The notes beneath the pieces are model-generated. The model did no database searches and was not told where the DNA came from. It saw only the letters and a program-made list of their open reading frames with translations. Shown here one piece after another: positions 12,812 through 26,856 of a stretch of DNA of 64,000 nt. The position numbers were made by a program, and so were the translations under genes. This DNA is from Octopus vulgaris. Its lineage: Eukaryota. The stretch is taken from contig OX597815.1 in NCBI GenBank assembly GCA_951406725.2, forward strand, positions 10,664,001 to 10,728,000, in the 5' to 3' direction. The number at the start of each line of letters is the position of its first letter. Position 1 is the stretch's first letter.

Positions 12812-13198
12812 GTGGAGGCGCAATGGCCCAGTGGTTAGGGCAGCGGACTCGCGGTCGTAGGATCGCGGTTTCGATTCCCAGACCGGGCGTTGTGAGTGTT
12901 TATTGAGCGAAAACACCTAAAAAGCTCCACGAGGCTCCGGCAGGGGATGGTGGTGATCCCTGCTGTACTCTTTCACCACAACTTTCTCTTACTCTTACTT
13001 CCTGTTTCTGTTGTACCTGTATTTCAAGGGGCCGGCCTTGTCACTCTCTGTGTCACGCTGAATATCCCCGTGAACTACGTTAAGGGTACACGTGTCTGTG
13101 GAGTGCTCAGCCACTTACACGTTAATTTCACGAGCAGACTGTTCCGTTGATCGGATCAACCGGAACCCTCGTCGTCGTGACCGACGGAGTGCTTCCAC
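12812..13198 (+). mobile_element. SINE family B, full length
   Basis: 12-bp TSD AATTCCTAGTTA at 12800-12811 and 13199-13210. Confidence 0.93.
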
Positions 13199-13499
13199 AA
13201 TTCCTAGTTATATGCTACGTGTTTCGAACAAAGCGCTTAGCAGTATTTCGTGTATCTTTATGTTCTGTGTTCAAGTTCTACCGAGGTCGACTTTGCCTAT
13301 TTTCGAGGTCGATAAAATAAGTACCTGTTAAGTACTAGGGTCAATGTAATCGACTACATCTCCTACAAAATTTCAGACTGCCAATAGGGGAAAAGATTAT
13401 TGCCATTATCACCATTGTTCATTTTCGTTTGATTTCCACTTCATTTCAGCTTCCGGTCGGAATGCATGTATATGTTAAACGGGGAGAAACTTCTTGAGA

Positions 13500-13925
13500 A
13501 GGTGAGAGATTCATGTTAAGCATAAATTTTTCAACTTCGTAGAATTCCTGGTTTCCTTATGATCTCGTCAAAAATTTTGTCCGTACCGTTCTTGATCACT
13601 CCCAGGGCACCCACAACAACGGGAATGGTTTTGGTTTTTAATTGCCACGTCCTAGATATCAGACTTTAAAGGTCCTTGTATTTCGATAGCTTTTCAAATT
13701 CTTTTGCTAAGATATTTCTAACAGTAGACACCGTCATATCATTTAACAGACATGTTTTTGTTTTGTCTTGGGTTTCTAATGACGATGTCTGGCCTGTTAT
13801 CATTTATTTGCCTGCCTGTATGTATCTCATCACCCCACAGGATGACAACATTCTATCCCTCAGTGACTGGCTGTGGATGGTATTCATACCAAATGTTAGG
13901 GTGCGGGATATGATAGTGATGGCTT
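13500..13925 (-). mobile_element. Restriction-like endonuclease domain remnant of an R2-group (R4/Dong-like) LINE
   Basis: Minus translation: WYEYHPQPV...NRPDIVI...KEFEKLSKYKDL...WQLKTKTIPVVVGALG (RPD...KY.DL motif). Confidence 0.75.
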
Positions 13926-13927
13926 AA

Positions 13928-14790
13928 CCTGAAGAAATGGATATCTCACGATTTTCCATAACATTAGGTTGAAAAATGGACATCTCACGACTTTTTGTAA
14001 GATGATGCTGAAGAAACGGATATATCAAGACTTTTCATAACATGGTGCTGGAGAAACGGATATACCACAACTTTTCATAACATGAAGGAAACAACACAAT
14101 TTTTCGTAACATAACGCTAAAGAAACAAATACACCACCGTTTTATGATACTGAAGAGGAGGCGCAATGGCCCAGTGGTTAGGGCAGCGGACTCGCGGTCA
14201 TAGGATCGCGGTTTCGATTCCCAGACCGGGCGTTGTGAGTGTTTATTGAGTGAAAACACCTAAATCTCCACGAGGCTCTGGCAGGGGATGGTGGTGATCC
14301 CTGCTGTACTCTTTCACCACAACTTTCTCTCACTCTTACTTCCTGTTTCTGTTGTACCTGTATTTCAAGGGGCCGGCCTTGTCACTCTCTGTGTCACGCT
14401 GAATATCCCCGTGAACTACGTTAAGGGTACACGTGTCTGTGGAGTGCTCAGCCACTTACACGTTAATTTCACGAGCAGGCTGTTCCGTTGATCGGATCAA
14501 CCGGAACCCTCATCGTCGTAACCGACGGAGTGCTTCCCAAGATACTGAAGAAATGAAGATGCCACAATTTTCTGAAATATGGTGCTGAACAGATGAAGAT
14601 ACGTTATTTTCTTTCATTAGTATGCTGAAAAGATGGGGTCATTAATATTTTTTGTATCATGATGCAGAAGAGATGAATATATCAGTATCTTTAACTGAAT
14701 ATCAAGATATCAGTTTTTTGCGACGTGGTGCCGTAGAAATGGAAATATCCGTATTTCTGCACGTGGCATTGAAGAGAAGATAATGTGACA
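13928..14790 (+). repeat. Degenerate ~40-bp minisatellite, interrupted by a SINE
   Basis: Recurrent TGCTGAAGAAA(C/T)GGATAT...TTTTC(A/G)TAACAT units on both sides of the SINE at 14157-14540. Confidence 0.7.
14157..14540 (+). mobile_element. SINE family B, full length
   Basis: 11-bp TSD GATACTGAAGA at 14146-14156 and 14541-14551. Confidence 0.93.
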
Positions 14791-14814
14791 CCTTTCAACG
14801 GATCCCTTGGCAAC

Positions 14815-15172
14815 AGTTGGTAATAGGAGTGATGGTGGTAGATGAAGTGGTAGTGGTAGTGGTACTTGTTGTGGTGATGGTACTAGAGCTAATGGTGGTA
14901 GCAGGGGTGATAGGAATGTCGAGGAAGGCAGTGCTGGTGGTGGCAGTAGTCGTAATGTGTGTGCGCGTGTCCGTAGGTGTGTGGTAGTGCTGTCCATTGT
15001 GAAGGTAGTTTAGTAGTGGTGGTGATGGTGGTGATGATGGTGGTTGTAGCGATGGTGATGATTGCTGGATGACAATAGTCATAGTGGTTGTCGTAATGGT
15101 GCCGATCGTGCCGGCTATTGTTATGGGAAGGTTAGTGGGAGGAATGCTCTGAGCAATAGTTGTGTTTACATT

Positions 15173-15203
<31 letters not shown>

Positions 15204-15243
15204 AGTAGTAGCAGCAGCAGCAGTAGTAGTAGTAGTAGTAGTG

Positions 15244-15297
<54 letters not shown>

Positions 15298-15585
15298 ATG
15301 GTGATAGTTGTGGTCGTGGGGGCAGTGCAGCGAGTATTGGTTTATGGAGTGAAGTTTGTAGTGCAGATGGTGTTAGTGGTGCTGCCGTCGGTGCGCTGAG
15401 GGTATGAGCGTTGGTATGGACGGTGTTGGTAATATTGGTACTGGTGGTATTTCAAGAAGTGCTGTTGCTAGTGGTAATGGTGGTGGGGTGTTGGTAGAGG
15501 TGGTGGTGGTGGTGGTGACGTTGCTATACGTGTCGGTGATGCTGTTATTGGTGGTGTTGATAATAGAGGTACTAGTGATGTTGAA
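14815..15585. repeat. Low-complexity GGT/GTA/GCA trinucleotide tract
   Basis: Direct inspection. Confidence 0.9.
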
Positions 15586-17520
15586 GGTGGTGAGCTGACA
15601 GAATTGCTGACGCGCCGGTCGAAATGCTTAGCGATATTTCGTCCGTCTTAACATTCTGAGTTCAAAATTCCGCCGAGGTCGACTTTACCTTTCATCCTTT
15701 CGGGGTCGATTAAATAAGTACCAGTTACGCTCTGCGGTCGATATAATCGACTTAATCCGTGTGTCTGTCCTTGTTTGTCCTCTCTGTGTTTAGCCCCTTG
15801 TGAGTAGTAAAGAAATAGGTATTTTGTCTGCCCTTACGTTCTGAGTTCAAATTCTGCAGGGGTCGACTTTGCCTTTCATCCTTTCGGGGTCGATTAAATA
15901 AGTACCAGTTACGCAATGGGGTCGATCTAATCGACTTAATCCCTTTGTCTGTCCTTGTTTGTCCCCTCTGTGTTTAGTCCCTTGCGGGTAGTAAAGGAAT
16001 AGGTGTTGGTGATGATGCTATTAGTGGTAAAGGCGGCGAGCTGGCAGAAACGTTAGCACGCCGGGCAAAATGCTTAGCAGTATTCCGTCTGTCTTTACGT
16101 TCTGAGTTCAAATTCCGCCGAGGTCGACTTTGCCTTTCATCCTTTCGGGGTCGATAAATTAAGTACCAGTTACGCAATGGGGTCGATCTAATCGACTTAA
16201 TCCCTTTGTCTGTCCTTGTTTGTCCCCTTCTGTGTTTAGCCTCTTGTGGGTAGTAAAGAAATAGGTATTTTGTCTGCCCTTACGTTCTGAGTTCAAATTC
16301 TGCAGGGGTCGACTTTGCCTTTCATCCTTTCGGGGTCGATTAATTAAGTACCAGTTACGCACTGGGGTCGATATTATCGACTTAATGCGTTTGTCTGTCC
16401 TTGTTTGTCCCCTCTGTGTTTAGCCCCTTGTGGGTAGTAAAGAAATAGGTATTTCGTCTGTCTTTACGTTCTGAGTTCAAATTCCGCCGAGGTCGACTTT
16501 GCCTTTCATCCTTTCGGGGTCGATAAATTAAGTACCAGTTACGCAATGGGGTCGATCTAATCGACTTAATCCCTTTGTCTGTCCTTGTTTGTCCCCTCTG
16601 TGTTTAGTCCCTTGCGGGTAGTAAAGGAATAGGTGTTGGTGATGATGCTATTAGTGGTAAAGGCGGCGAGCTGGCAGAAACGTTAGCAAGCCGGGCAAAA
16701 TGCTTAGCAGTATTCCGTCTGTCTTTACGTTCTGAGTTCAAATTCCGCCGAGGTCGACCTTGCCTTTCATCCCTTCGGGGTCGATTAAATAAGTACCAGT
16801 TACACACTGGGGTCGATATAACCGACTTAATCTGTTTGTCTGTCCTTGTTTGTCCTCTCTGTGTTTAGCCACTTGTGGGTAGTAAAGAAATAGGTATTTC
16901 GTCTGTCTTTACGTTCTGAATTCAAATTCCGCCGAGGTCGACTTTGCCTTTCATCCTTTCGGTGTCGATAAATTAAGTACCAGTTACGCAATGGGGTCGA
17001 TCTAATCGACTTAATCCCTTTGTCTGTCCTTGTTTGTCCCCTCTGTGTTTAGTCCCTTGCGGGTAGTAAAGGAATAGGTGTTGGTGATGATGCTATTAGT
17101 GGTAAAGGCGGCGAGCTGGCAGAAACGTTAGCACGCCGGGCAAAATGCTTAGCAGTATTCCGTCTGTCTTTATGTTCTGGGTTCAAATTCCGCCGAGGTC
17201 GACCTTGCCTTTCATCCCTTCGGGGTCGATAAGTTAAGTACCAGTTACGCACTGGGGTCGATATAACCGACTTAATCTGTTTGTCTGTCCTTGTTTGTCC
17301 TCTCTGTGTTTAGCCCATTGGGGGTAGTAAAGAAATAGGTATTTCGTCTGCCGCTACGTTCTGAGTTCAAATTCTGCAAGGGTCGACTTTGCCTTTCATC
17401 CTTTCGGGGTCGATTAAATAAGTACTAGTTACGCACTGGGGTCGATATAATCGACTTAATCCGTTTGTCTGTTCTTGTTTGTCCTCTCTGTGTTTAGCCC
17501 CTTGTGGGTAGTAAAAAGTA
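15586..17520 (+). mobile_element. Array of SINE family A units with higher-order repeats
   Basis: About nine body units; spacer GGTGTTGGTGATGATGCTATTAGTGGTAAA plus head recurs at ~16002, ~16632 and ~17077. Confidence 0.9.
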
Positions 17521-18230
17521 AGTATTGGTGGCGCTGGTTTGTGTGGTGGATTTGCCTTTGGTTTTGGTTGTGGCGTTGGCGTTGGTGTTCATGTCTTTAG
17601 TTAGCTGAGCTAATGATGTTGGTGTCAGTGGTATTATTATTGGCAGTGGTTTTTGTTCATGGTGTTGGTGATGCAGTACAGAGAAGACGGCCGTGGAGTG
17701 GATGACATTGGGGGGTTATTAGGTGTTAACATTGTTGATGTTGGCGATATTGGTGGTGTTGGCGGTGCTGGTAGTAATACAAGTGGTAGCGAGGCTACGA
17801 CTAGAGTGTGTTGTGTTGATAGCAACAGCGTAGAAATAGTCGGATGCGTGACAGCGTGTGGCACATGTTTGATAATATTAATTATAAGAACCGCATCAAT
17901 AATTACACAAGTTATCACAACACTGGATATAATCAAATAATATAAAGGTTTCAATTACATATATTATTGCTGAAGTCATTACTTCTATTGCTATTGCTGC
18001 TACTGATACTGCTGCTGCTACTACTACTACTACTACTGTTGCTGTTGTTCTTGTTGTTTTTATTGTTGTTGTTTTTGTTGTTTTAGATCATTTAATGACA
18101 TTTTCTTGAAATTAAACTTGCAGGCAACGATATTGAAAAACTGAGGCCTGCAGTTAATCTAGACTGGTTTCTTTCCTTTTTTTTTTTTTTTTTGTACTTT
18201 CTTTCCCCCCTCTCTCCCCCTCTCTTTCTC

Positions 18231-18266
<36 letters not shown>

Positions 18267-18455
18267 TTCTTCTGTGTGTATGTATATGTGTATGAGAGTG
18301 CGTGTGAGGGAGAAAAAAAATGTGATGTGGGGTGCGAAATGTTCGCGGGGATGAGGGTAAAACGTGATAATTCAGGTTAGATGTGTGATTCCGAGAACCT
18401 GATAGTTATTCGAAAAACCAGCACTTGAAGAAGCTGCTGGAAGTCACATATACAG

Positions 18456-18500
<45 letters not shown>

Positions 18501-19292
18501 CACACACACACACACACATACACACACGCACGCACATACACACACTCTTTCTTTCCCTTTCTCGCACTCTCACTGCTGCTTTATCACTTTCCCTCTCTAT
18601 CCCCCTATTTCTCTTTCTCCTTGTATATCTCCCCTTCTCTCAGCTTCCCCTTCTTTTTCTCTCACACATTCACATATTTATTCACAACCACCAACACATT
18701 CATACGGCCATACATACATACATAGCCATTTACACACACACACACATATAATTATGCAAACTTTCACACACTCATACATTCCTATGCACGCCTATGTGCT
18801 CAAAAACTAAACACAGTGCATTATATTGATACGTAAATACAGACATAAATGATGTTAATGTGGTAAAGAATCCACTCACGTGTATGTTTAAGAGAAGGCC
18901 AGATTAGCATGTCAAATTGGTTTGCCTTAGTAAAGCAAATCCTGTAGCCAAGAACGAAATACAGGCTTGGCAAAAAAAAAAACAAACTGTGTAGCTATTT
19001 CTTACCTAAACATAATGTGTCAGCTTTATACAAACAATGAAGATAATTTCTCCCGTGACTATTGCAATTCCAGCGAGATGGTGATTAATTGAACAGAAAA
19101 ATAGAACAAAAAAAAGATGGGGAATGAACAACTTTCAATTAAGCTGTGCTACTGTGAAGCGAAAACTAAAAACAGAGAAAACTCTTAAAAAGGCATTTGA
19201 CCGTAATCCCTACTCGTGGTTGCTAGAATTAATGCATTTAGCAAAAGTATTACTGCAGCCTTAGCTAATGTCTTTGAAAGAGTTATTCAAAA

Positions 19293-19613
19293 GACTCCGC
19301 CGGTTACGACGACGAGGGTCCCAGCTGATATGATCAACAGAACAGCTTGCTCGTGAAATTAACGTGCAAATGGCTGAGCATTCCACAGACACGTGTACCC
19401 TTAACGTAGTTCTCGGGGATAATCAGCGTGACACAGAGAGTGACAAGGCTGACCCTTTGAAATACAAGTACAACTCATTTTTGCCAGCTGAGTGGACTGG
19501 AGCAACGTGAAATAAAGTGTCTTGCTCAAGGACACAACGCGTCGCCGGGAATCGAACTCACAACCTTACGATCATGAGCCGAATGCCCTAACCACTAAGC
19601 CACGCGCCCTCAC
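19293..19613 (-). mobile_element. tRNA-derived SINE with head D and the family B tail
   Basis: Head GGCGCGTGGCTTAGTGG...GTTCGATTCCC; 3' half matches the family B tail; TSD TGAAAGAGTTATT. Confidence 0.85.
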
Positions 19614-20457
19614 TGAAAGAGTTATTAAAGACGTGATGAACGATCCTCAATCTCCTGTCTTAGAGTATAACAATTGCCTCCAATGTTACAAATCTCTCGA
19701 AAGTAATATTCCAAGGAAACTGTCCCTTTGTCATTCTATCTCTCCCTTGTCTTTCTCCTTCCTTCTTTCTCTCAATCACTACCCTTTCTTCTCTCTTTTT
19801 ATTTATGTATGTATGTGTTTTGGTGGACACCCCCAAGTGAGAAGTGGGCTGTTCCACTACAGATAAATAGTAGACAGACACAGCAAGTAGGGTCAGTCGG
19901 CGAGGTGCGCCGTACGGGCCAGTCACGCAGACGACGGAATACGTCACCATAATGTATGATATATCAGTAGCAACGAGGGGTCGAACTACACGCAGTGGCA
20001 GATAAGACTAATACAGAACTGAAATACACACAGTGAAAAATATATAAATATAATTGAAAAAAGATTCTGAAGAAGAAAATGTCTCATAAAACTGGAACTC
20101 CGACACAGTGAAAACTAATATAAATCCGTTTGTAGGATTTCTGTCAGGTCGCTATGTGTTTGTAGCGTTACCAGTAAACAATGTAGACTGGTACTACCTG
20201 CGGCATTCTGAAGAGAAAAATAATTCTGTGTGAAAGAAAAGAAATCTTATAGGGGTGTTGTGTTGTGGAGAACCTACTCCTCCCGGCAAGTGAAAAGTGG
20301 GCTGTTCCATCTTTGATAAATAGTGGACAGACACAACAAGCAGGGGCAGTCGGTGAGGTACGGGCGTCACGCAGACGACGGAATGTGTCGTCATAATGCG
20401 GAACGTGTATGTATGTATGTATGTATGTATGTATGTATGTATGTATGTATGTATGTA

Positions 20458-20514
<57 letters not shown>

Positions 20515-20557
20515 ATGTATGTATGTATGTATGTATGTATGTATGTATGTATGTATG

Positions 20558-21305
20558 CAGGGGCGACTCCGGGTCATCAGCGTCGCTTGGGCTCATCACA
20601 GATTTCGCATAGAACACATGCCTGCTCGAAGAATTTCACGTTTTTCCGCTTTATATTTTGCCCCAAAGGGCTTATTTTTTTATATCTAGCACTATGTCTT
20701 TCTCCATTTCTAAGTTAAGGTTTAAAATAAAACAACCCTGCAAAACTCAACTGAGATACACAGATACACAGAATAACAGCAATCAAATATCGATGGCGGA
20801 GTGCACAACAAACACCAGCGATCTAATTGTCGCTTGTACTCTTCACAAGAGATTCCAGATAGTCTTTTACACCTACCAGGCTCGTTCGTATTAGTCCAAG
20901 GGCTGAATAATTTTTCGTTCCTTTAAGAATATTGTAGAACGGAAAGTTTTTTATAGATTTGAATTTAAATCCTAATCTCTATAGAAATTTATTGTTTTAA
21001 GAAAACATTGAATTTGAATTACTTTTAATGTTTACAATTATAGATAATAACTCAGGCGCATGTGAATAATATCGAGAGAACGTCTGCTACGAATGATATT
21101 TTTTGACACAGGGCACCTCTAAGATGACCACCAGACGCTGAACGAAAATAAATGAACTGCGACCAGGCTCAATAAAAGGAGCCCGAGGCTGCAGTTATTG
21201 AAGTCAGTGTTGGCAGAAATCAAATCAGCTTGCAAATACACATTCACTTTACCAAATTTATACTCGGGCTAAGCCCCAACGGCCCGAGTGCCGGAGTCGC
21301 CACTG
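20558..21305. mobile_element. Non-autonomous hAT-like DNA transposon (MITE)
   Basis: TIRs CAGGGGCGACTCCGG and CCGGAGTCGCCACTG (14/15 match); flanked by 8-bp TATGTATG on both sides, although this lies within a microsatellite. Confidence 0.75.
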
Positions 21306-21700
21306 TATGTATGTATTGCAGACGGGGAGTAGAGAAAGTATGCCGTTGATGGCGACGAAAGGACTTTGACAAACCTAGCTACTTGATTGATTTGGCCGAA
21401 CTATTAATCAAACAATCGATTAGTTTATTGATAAAATTGTTAAGTAATAAGATAAAAAAAATTATAACAGGTAAAATAGAACCAGGGCATGTGTTTATTA
21501 TTGTCAAAACGACCCTCCCGAAATATAACAAAATCGGTTTCTTTTCCAAAATTCCACTGGTCATATTGTAATTAATATCTTTGGTATGAATAAACATAGA
21601 GACGTCACTATCAACACAACCCACATTTTCTTTTTTCATCTTTTACATTACAGAACGTCAATGTGAAGTCGAGAAAAACAGTTGCAAGATTCCTGAAGTC

Positions 21701-21811
21701 ATGGGCTCTACAATGGAAGTTGGAAAATATGCTACATGTCGCTATCACTGGAAGAAATCTCTACCTTTTAATGTCGCCGACAAAATTTTACTCTTTGTTA
21801 ATTACGGACAG
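21701..21811 (+). CDS. Gene 1 coding exon 1 (exon acceptor at 21654; frame open from there, so the N-terminus may be longer)
   Basis: Pyrimidine tract plus CAG at 21651-21653; ATG in GTCATGG context; MGSTMEVGKYATCRYHWKKSLPFNVADKILLFVNYGQ; donor CAG|GTAATG, phase 0. Confidence 0.65.
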
Positions 21812-22104
21812 GTAATGTTCCCAGCTTATTCTCCTGGTGACAGTGTATTAATTAAAGTAACAACCCACTTCTAATCCTGAAAGCAATGACTATTTCGATT
21901 TGCGCATTTGAATTGTAGTTTCACTTTTAGATTTCATTAAAGAAACGTCTTTGGAAGCAAAATTTCCTCATTCTTGAAACAGTTTACATGGTCTATAAGC
22001 TTTCTCTAAGCTTAGGCCTTCAAATCTCAGAAATGTATCGAAGAAAAGGAGAAAAATATGAATAGTATCTCACTTTCTTTCACTGCGCTTCGTTGTCATA
22101 TTTC

Positions 22105-22333
22105 TTTCTTTATTGCCCACGAGGGGATAAACATAGTGGGGACAAACAAGGACAGAGAAAGGGATTAAGTCGATTACATCGACCCCAGTGCGAAACTGGT
22201 ACTTTATTTATCGATCCCGAAAGGATGAAAGGCAAAGTCGACCTCGGGGGAATTTGAACTCAGAACATAACGACAGACGAAATACCGCTAAGCATTTCGC
22301 CCGACGCGCTAACGTTTCTGCCAGCTCGCCGCT
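22105..22333 (-). mobile_element. SINE family A monomer
   Basis: Head plus a single body unit. Confidence 0.88.
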
Positions 22334-22707
22334 TTTCATTGTCTTGTTACAGACACGGTTTGGATAAAAATTCCATATATCATTGGTACCTGTTCTCTGA
22401 GCTCTACTAGAAATAATATCCATTTTAAATTTCACACTTCAGAAAAATAATTTTTTTCACTGCTTTACGGCTGGTACCAATTTCTGCTGTGTGTTTCGAG
22501 GTGAGTGATTAGCAGGTGATAGTGTACCGAGCATATAGATTACAACACCTGAGGTTCGTTACCTGTCACAGCGTTGAATTCGTGGCTCAATACTTCAAGC
22601 AGTAGATAAACATCACATGATAGGATGGTACTGTTATCAGCGTCGTTGGCATTGTTAAATTAACAAGTGTGTAATTAACTTGCAGTACTAAGCTCAATAC
22701 ACCACAC

Positions 22708-23270
<563 letters not shown>

Positions 23271-23731
23271 AAAGAGTGCGACTGTTATCGAATGAACAAT
23301 ATTTCGACACTTCCTGTGTCTTCCACAAGTTCAAAATAATCCTCTCAATCTACTTCATTTTGGTAATATTTAAGGATTAATGTTACTCCTCCAGAAAGTA
23401 AAGAAACAATAAGAGCACTGGTCTTATTGTTCCTTTACCTTGGGTAGGATTAACATCAATCTTTAATAATAATAATAATAATGTGTTACACTATTAGCTT
23501 TTGGAATGCCTTAAAATCCTAACTGTCCTCGAGAAGATTAAGTCTTTTATTAAAAGCGCTGTGATCGTAGGAAGATGAACGTTATGCGAAAGCGAGTTAT
23601 TGGAAAATCTGTAGAAGAATAACTTACAATCTCCACTGTTCTTCCTGGTTGCATTGATTCCTTCTACAAACATATTGAAGAAATCCAAACCTGCCAATGA
23701 AACTGTTAATAGTAAGGAGAACAATAAATCA

Positions 23732-23786
<55 letters not shown>

Positions 23787-23789
23787 TCA

Positions 23790-24600
23790 AATAGTACGCT
23801 AAAAATGCAAAAACATATCGATTCTCTTGGTCAAACGGTTAGAATACTTCGTAAGGATAATGGATGTTGGTTTGAAGTTTGAGGATAAATAAGCATGTAG
23901 TTTTATAAAGAGAGGGATTTGATATAATTCCATAAGCCAGCAGTATTCAGACACCGAGTCAGTGCGTGCAGAACGGTTTCATTGTGCCACTTGTATTTCG
24001 GAAAATCCCACCTGACGGCACTTTCGTCCGTTGTTCTCAGACCAGTAGTGCCCTTTGATAGCACTAACAAGGCTAAGGATCTCTGATCGTTATTTATAAT
24101 AGTCTTCATTTCGAAAGTAGTCACGAATGGAGCAGCTAATCTGTCTTCGTCGACGCCCAGAACGCCGTCACTCTTTTCCAAACCATTTGACCTCTATATT
24201 TGCTAATGTGAAATTATCCCCGACTGATAGAGGGTGGTGAGTATCTGCAAGTATTTTAGATATCTGATTTCCAATATTAGTCATTTTTTTTTTGACCCAG
24301 GAATGCAGTATCATCAAAGAGATCACACCGGCCTACCGTTAAGAAACTTTAAGTAAATCTATAACTAGTGTAACGTTAGCATATGTCTGCACATCAGGAA
24401 TAACGAAAAGCTGATCAAACCTTAGGGAGGACTTATAGTACATGAATAGTCTGACCATTAAAGCGCGTCCTTTCCGCTGGCGGTAGAAGTACAAATACTC
24501 TAATCTGGTCAGACTGGAAATGGTCCGAGATAGTAATTTATGCAACAGTTTTAGCTACTTCTTAGCCTATTTCTAAGTAAGGCTAGCCACCCTTTCATTA
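23790..24600 (-). mobile_element. Degenerate Tx1/L1-like LINE ORF2 C-terminal region
   Basis: Minus translation NETVLHALTRCLNTAGLWNYI resembles the ET..H....C zinc-knuckle region of L1/Tx1 ORF2; heavily decayed. Confidence 0.45.
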
Positions 24601-25080
24601 ATCCACTTCTGGTAAAGTCAAGTGAAGAAGCTGCGAGCGAACTAAATTCCGACAGTATCCTACAGGTTCGGTTCTTTATTGATCTAGAATGTCTTGCAGT
24701 ATTTGCTTACGTCATTTTCGCTCTGATTTCAAATTCCGCAATTTATCCTTTGGGTTATGTAGCATCAGTACCAGTCATATACCATAGAAAAAGAGACTCA
24801 GTAAATCTTACCTCTACCCTACAATGTATTATCACATTGTATTCTATTGATACCATTCTGGTAATAATGTCTGCCTATGTAACCCTCCCTCATTTTCTAG
24901 ATCTGCCAAGATGTATTTATGTCTGTTTATTTTTTCGTGTTTGTCGTTTCATATTTGTGTTTTCTCACTCGTAATATAAAGAATATCTTGCGAGTGAGAG
25001 ATGTCAATCGTCACAGTCTAACATTTTCAGTCTTCATAGATAATTTAAACAACATATTTCTATGTCCTCCCTTCAAATAG

Positions 25081-25261
25081 GTCGATGGCGGAATGACCAA
25101 AGTCGAACTGTTGTTAAAGAAATCTCACTACTATAGCGGCGAACTTCGGATACCATGTGGAGAACATTCCGGAATTCTTCGAGTCTCTCAGGTCGATTAC
25201 CAACTGGAGTCTATCCAAGTGAAGAATTATATGTTTGAGATTGACCTTTACATCAAAGATG
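25081..25261 (+). CDS. Gene 1 coding exon 2
   Basis: Acceptor cccttcaaatag, phase 0; VDGGMTKVELLLKKSHYYSGELRIPCGEHSGILRVSQVDYQLESIQVKNYMFEIDLYIKD; donor G|GTAAGT, phase 1. Confidence 0.75.
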
Positions 25262-25912
25262 GTAAGTCAACAATTTATGGAATAGTCAATGATACCTTTT
25301 GTCATACATGTTGCTCACCTCCTGTGTCAGCTCTTATCAAGAAATCTTATGATCCAAGATACTTCGTGCATAAGCTCTTCGTCTTATTTTCATACACACT
25401 GCGTCAAGGACCACAGTGTGCAATGCATTCTGTTTTGTTTTAAGACTATTTGGCTGCCTTTTCTGGTAAGTGAATCAATCATATAGACGTTCCCTCATTG
25501 ACTCACTTATAATTCTTTGAAGAGTTCTGTGGAACATTCATAGTTGTAGTCAACTCACTCTATCTTCATATACGTTTAAGAGTATGTTAAGAATTACAGT
25601 TGCCGCAGTGAGCTATTGCTAATCTTTGTTCAAGGACCAACTTCTAAAATACGAAACTGGATCGAAGTCTGCCTTTTTTTTTACCATCACCAGATTTCTT
25701 TAATGCAAAATTTTGCGTGTGTGCATATAGGTGTGTTTATGTGTGTATGTGTATATGAGTGTATGTGTATGGATATGATATTCCTAGCGTAGCAGAAATA
25801 CTAAACAAAAGGGGATATAGGCGTTTTAGAAACAAAAGCTATTGCCTTTGGAGAGGGCTTAGTATTGGTCCAATTAATAAAAGAGCGAACAAATTTTTTG
25901 CAATTTTAGTTG

Positions 25913-26250
25913 TAACAAGAACACTGAAAGAACGCAATCTTCTGCTAAGGCAGCACCAACGTCCTCTCAGCAATTAACCGGAAATAATTTTAAAAATGAG
26001 AATATCTGAAATAAACTCGATTGCTCTCACAAACGAGAATACTAAAAATGAACCCGACCGCTCTCAAAAATTAAGTTTAAAAAAAACGGGAAAATAATCC
26101 GGAATCCTTGTCCAGTACCGGATCGATTCTAAAATCTAATCAGTTCGTGCCAATCACGAGGCTAAACATCCCTGAAAGTTTCATTCGAATCCATTCTGCA
26201 ATTCTTGAGATATATTGTCCACGGACAAACAAACAAACACGACTGAAAAC
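25913..26250. mobile_element. Helentron/DINE-like non-autonomous element
   Basis: Contains CTGAAAGTTTCATTCGAATCCATT...TTCTTGAGATAT...ACGGACAAACAAACAAAC, resembling DINE-1-like cores. Confidence 0.5.
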
Positions 26251-26567
26251 TCGGTAAGATTTGAGTTGATCAAAGTTAACAGCAGTGTTAGTCACTGATC
26301 GGTTATATATATATCGTCTGCAAAGGTGGCGAGAGCTGGCAGAAACGTTAGCGTGCCGGGCGAAATGCTTAGCGGTTCTGCAAAAGGGCCCGATAGAATA
26401 AGTACTAGGTTTACAAAGAATAAGACCTGGGGGGTCGATTTGCTCGACTAAAGGTGGTGCTCCAGCATGGCTGCAGTCAAATGACTGAAACAAATAAGAG
26501 AGTAATTGACTATCTGAACATTATGAATCCATAGATGAAAATAGCTGAATCTGATATTTTTACATAG

Positions 26568-26713
26568 CGACCAAAATCTTAACAAACACCGTTAACGGGA
26601 TAGAAAACAAAATAGTGTTCCACCCGCAAGATCAACTTATTGTATTACCTGGAGCGGACAGCAATCCCGCAGATAGAGTAGTCACAGAATTTCTAGTCCT
26701 AATATCTAGATAA
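26568..26713 (+). CDS. Gene 1 terminal coding exon (145-aa uncharacterised protein in total)
   Basis: Acceptor tttttacatag, phase 1; ATKILTNTVNGIENKIVFHPQDQLIVLPGADSNPADRVVTEFLVLISR-stop; AATAAA at ~26805; the three exons total 438 nt. Confidence 0.65.
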
Positions 26714-26856
26714 AATGAGATAATGCTATATTCTGTGTCCAAACTAAATTCTTGAATGTTTATATGTACTCGTGTGTCGTAAGCTGGTCCGTGAATACTT
26801 TAAGAATAAAACAGTTTAGATTTACAATAGAGAAATATATTTGATAAGAAACATTA

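Noticed and set aside
15586-17520. CRISPR-like or prophage-like repeat array
   Set aside because: Units are ~184-bp SINE bodies with no unique spacers; eukaryotic context and no cas genes.
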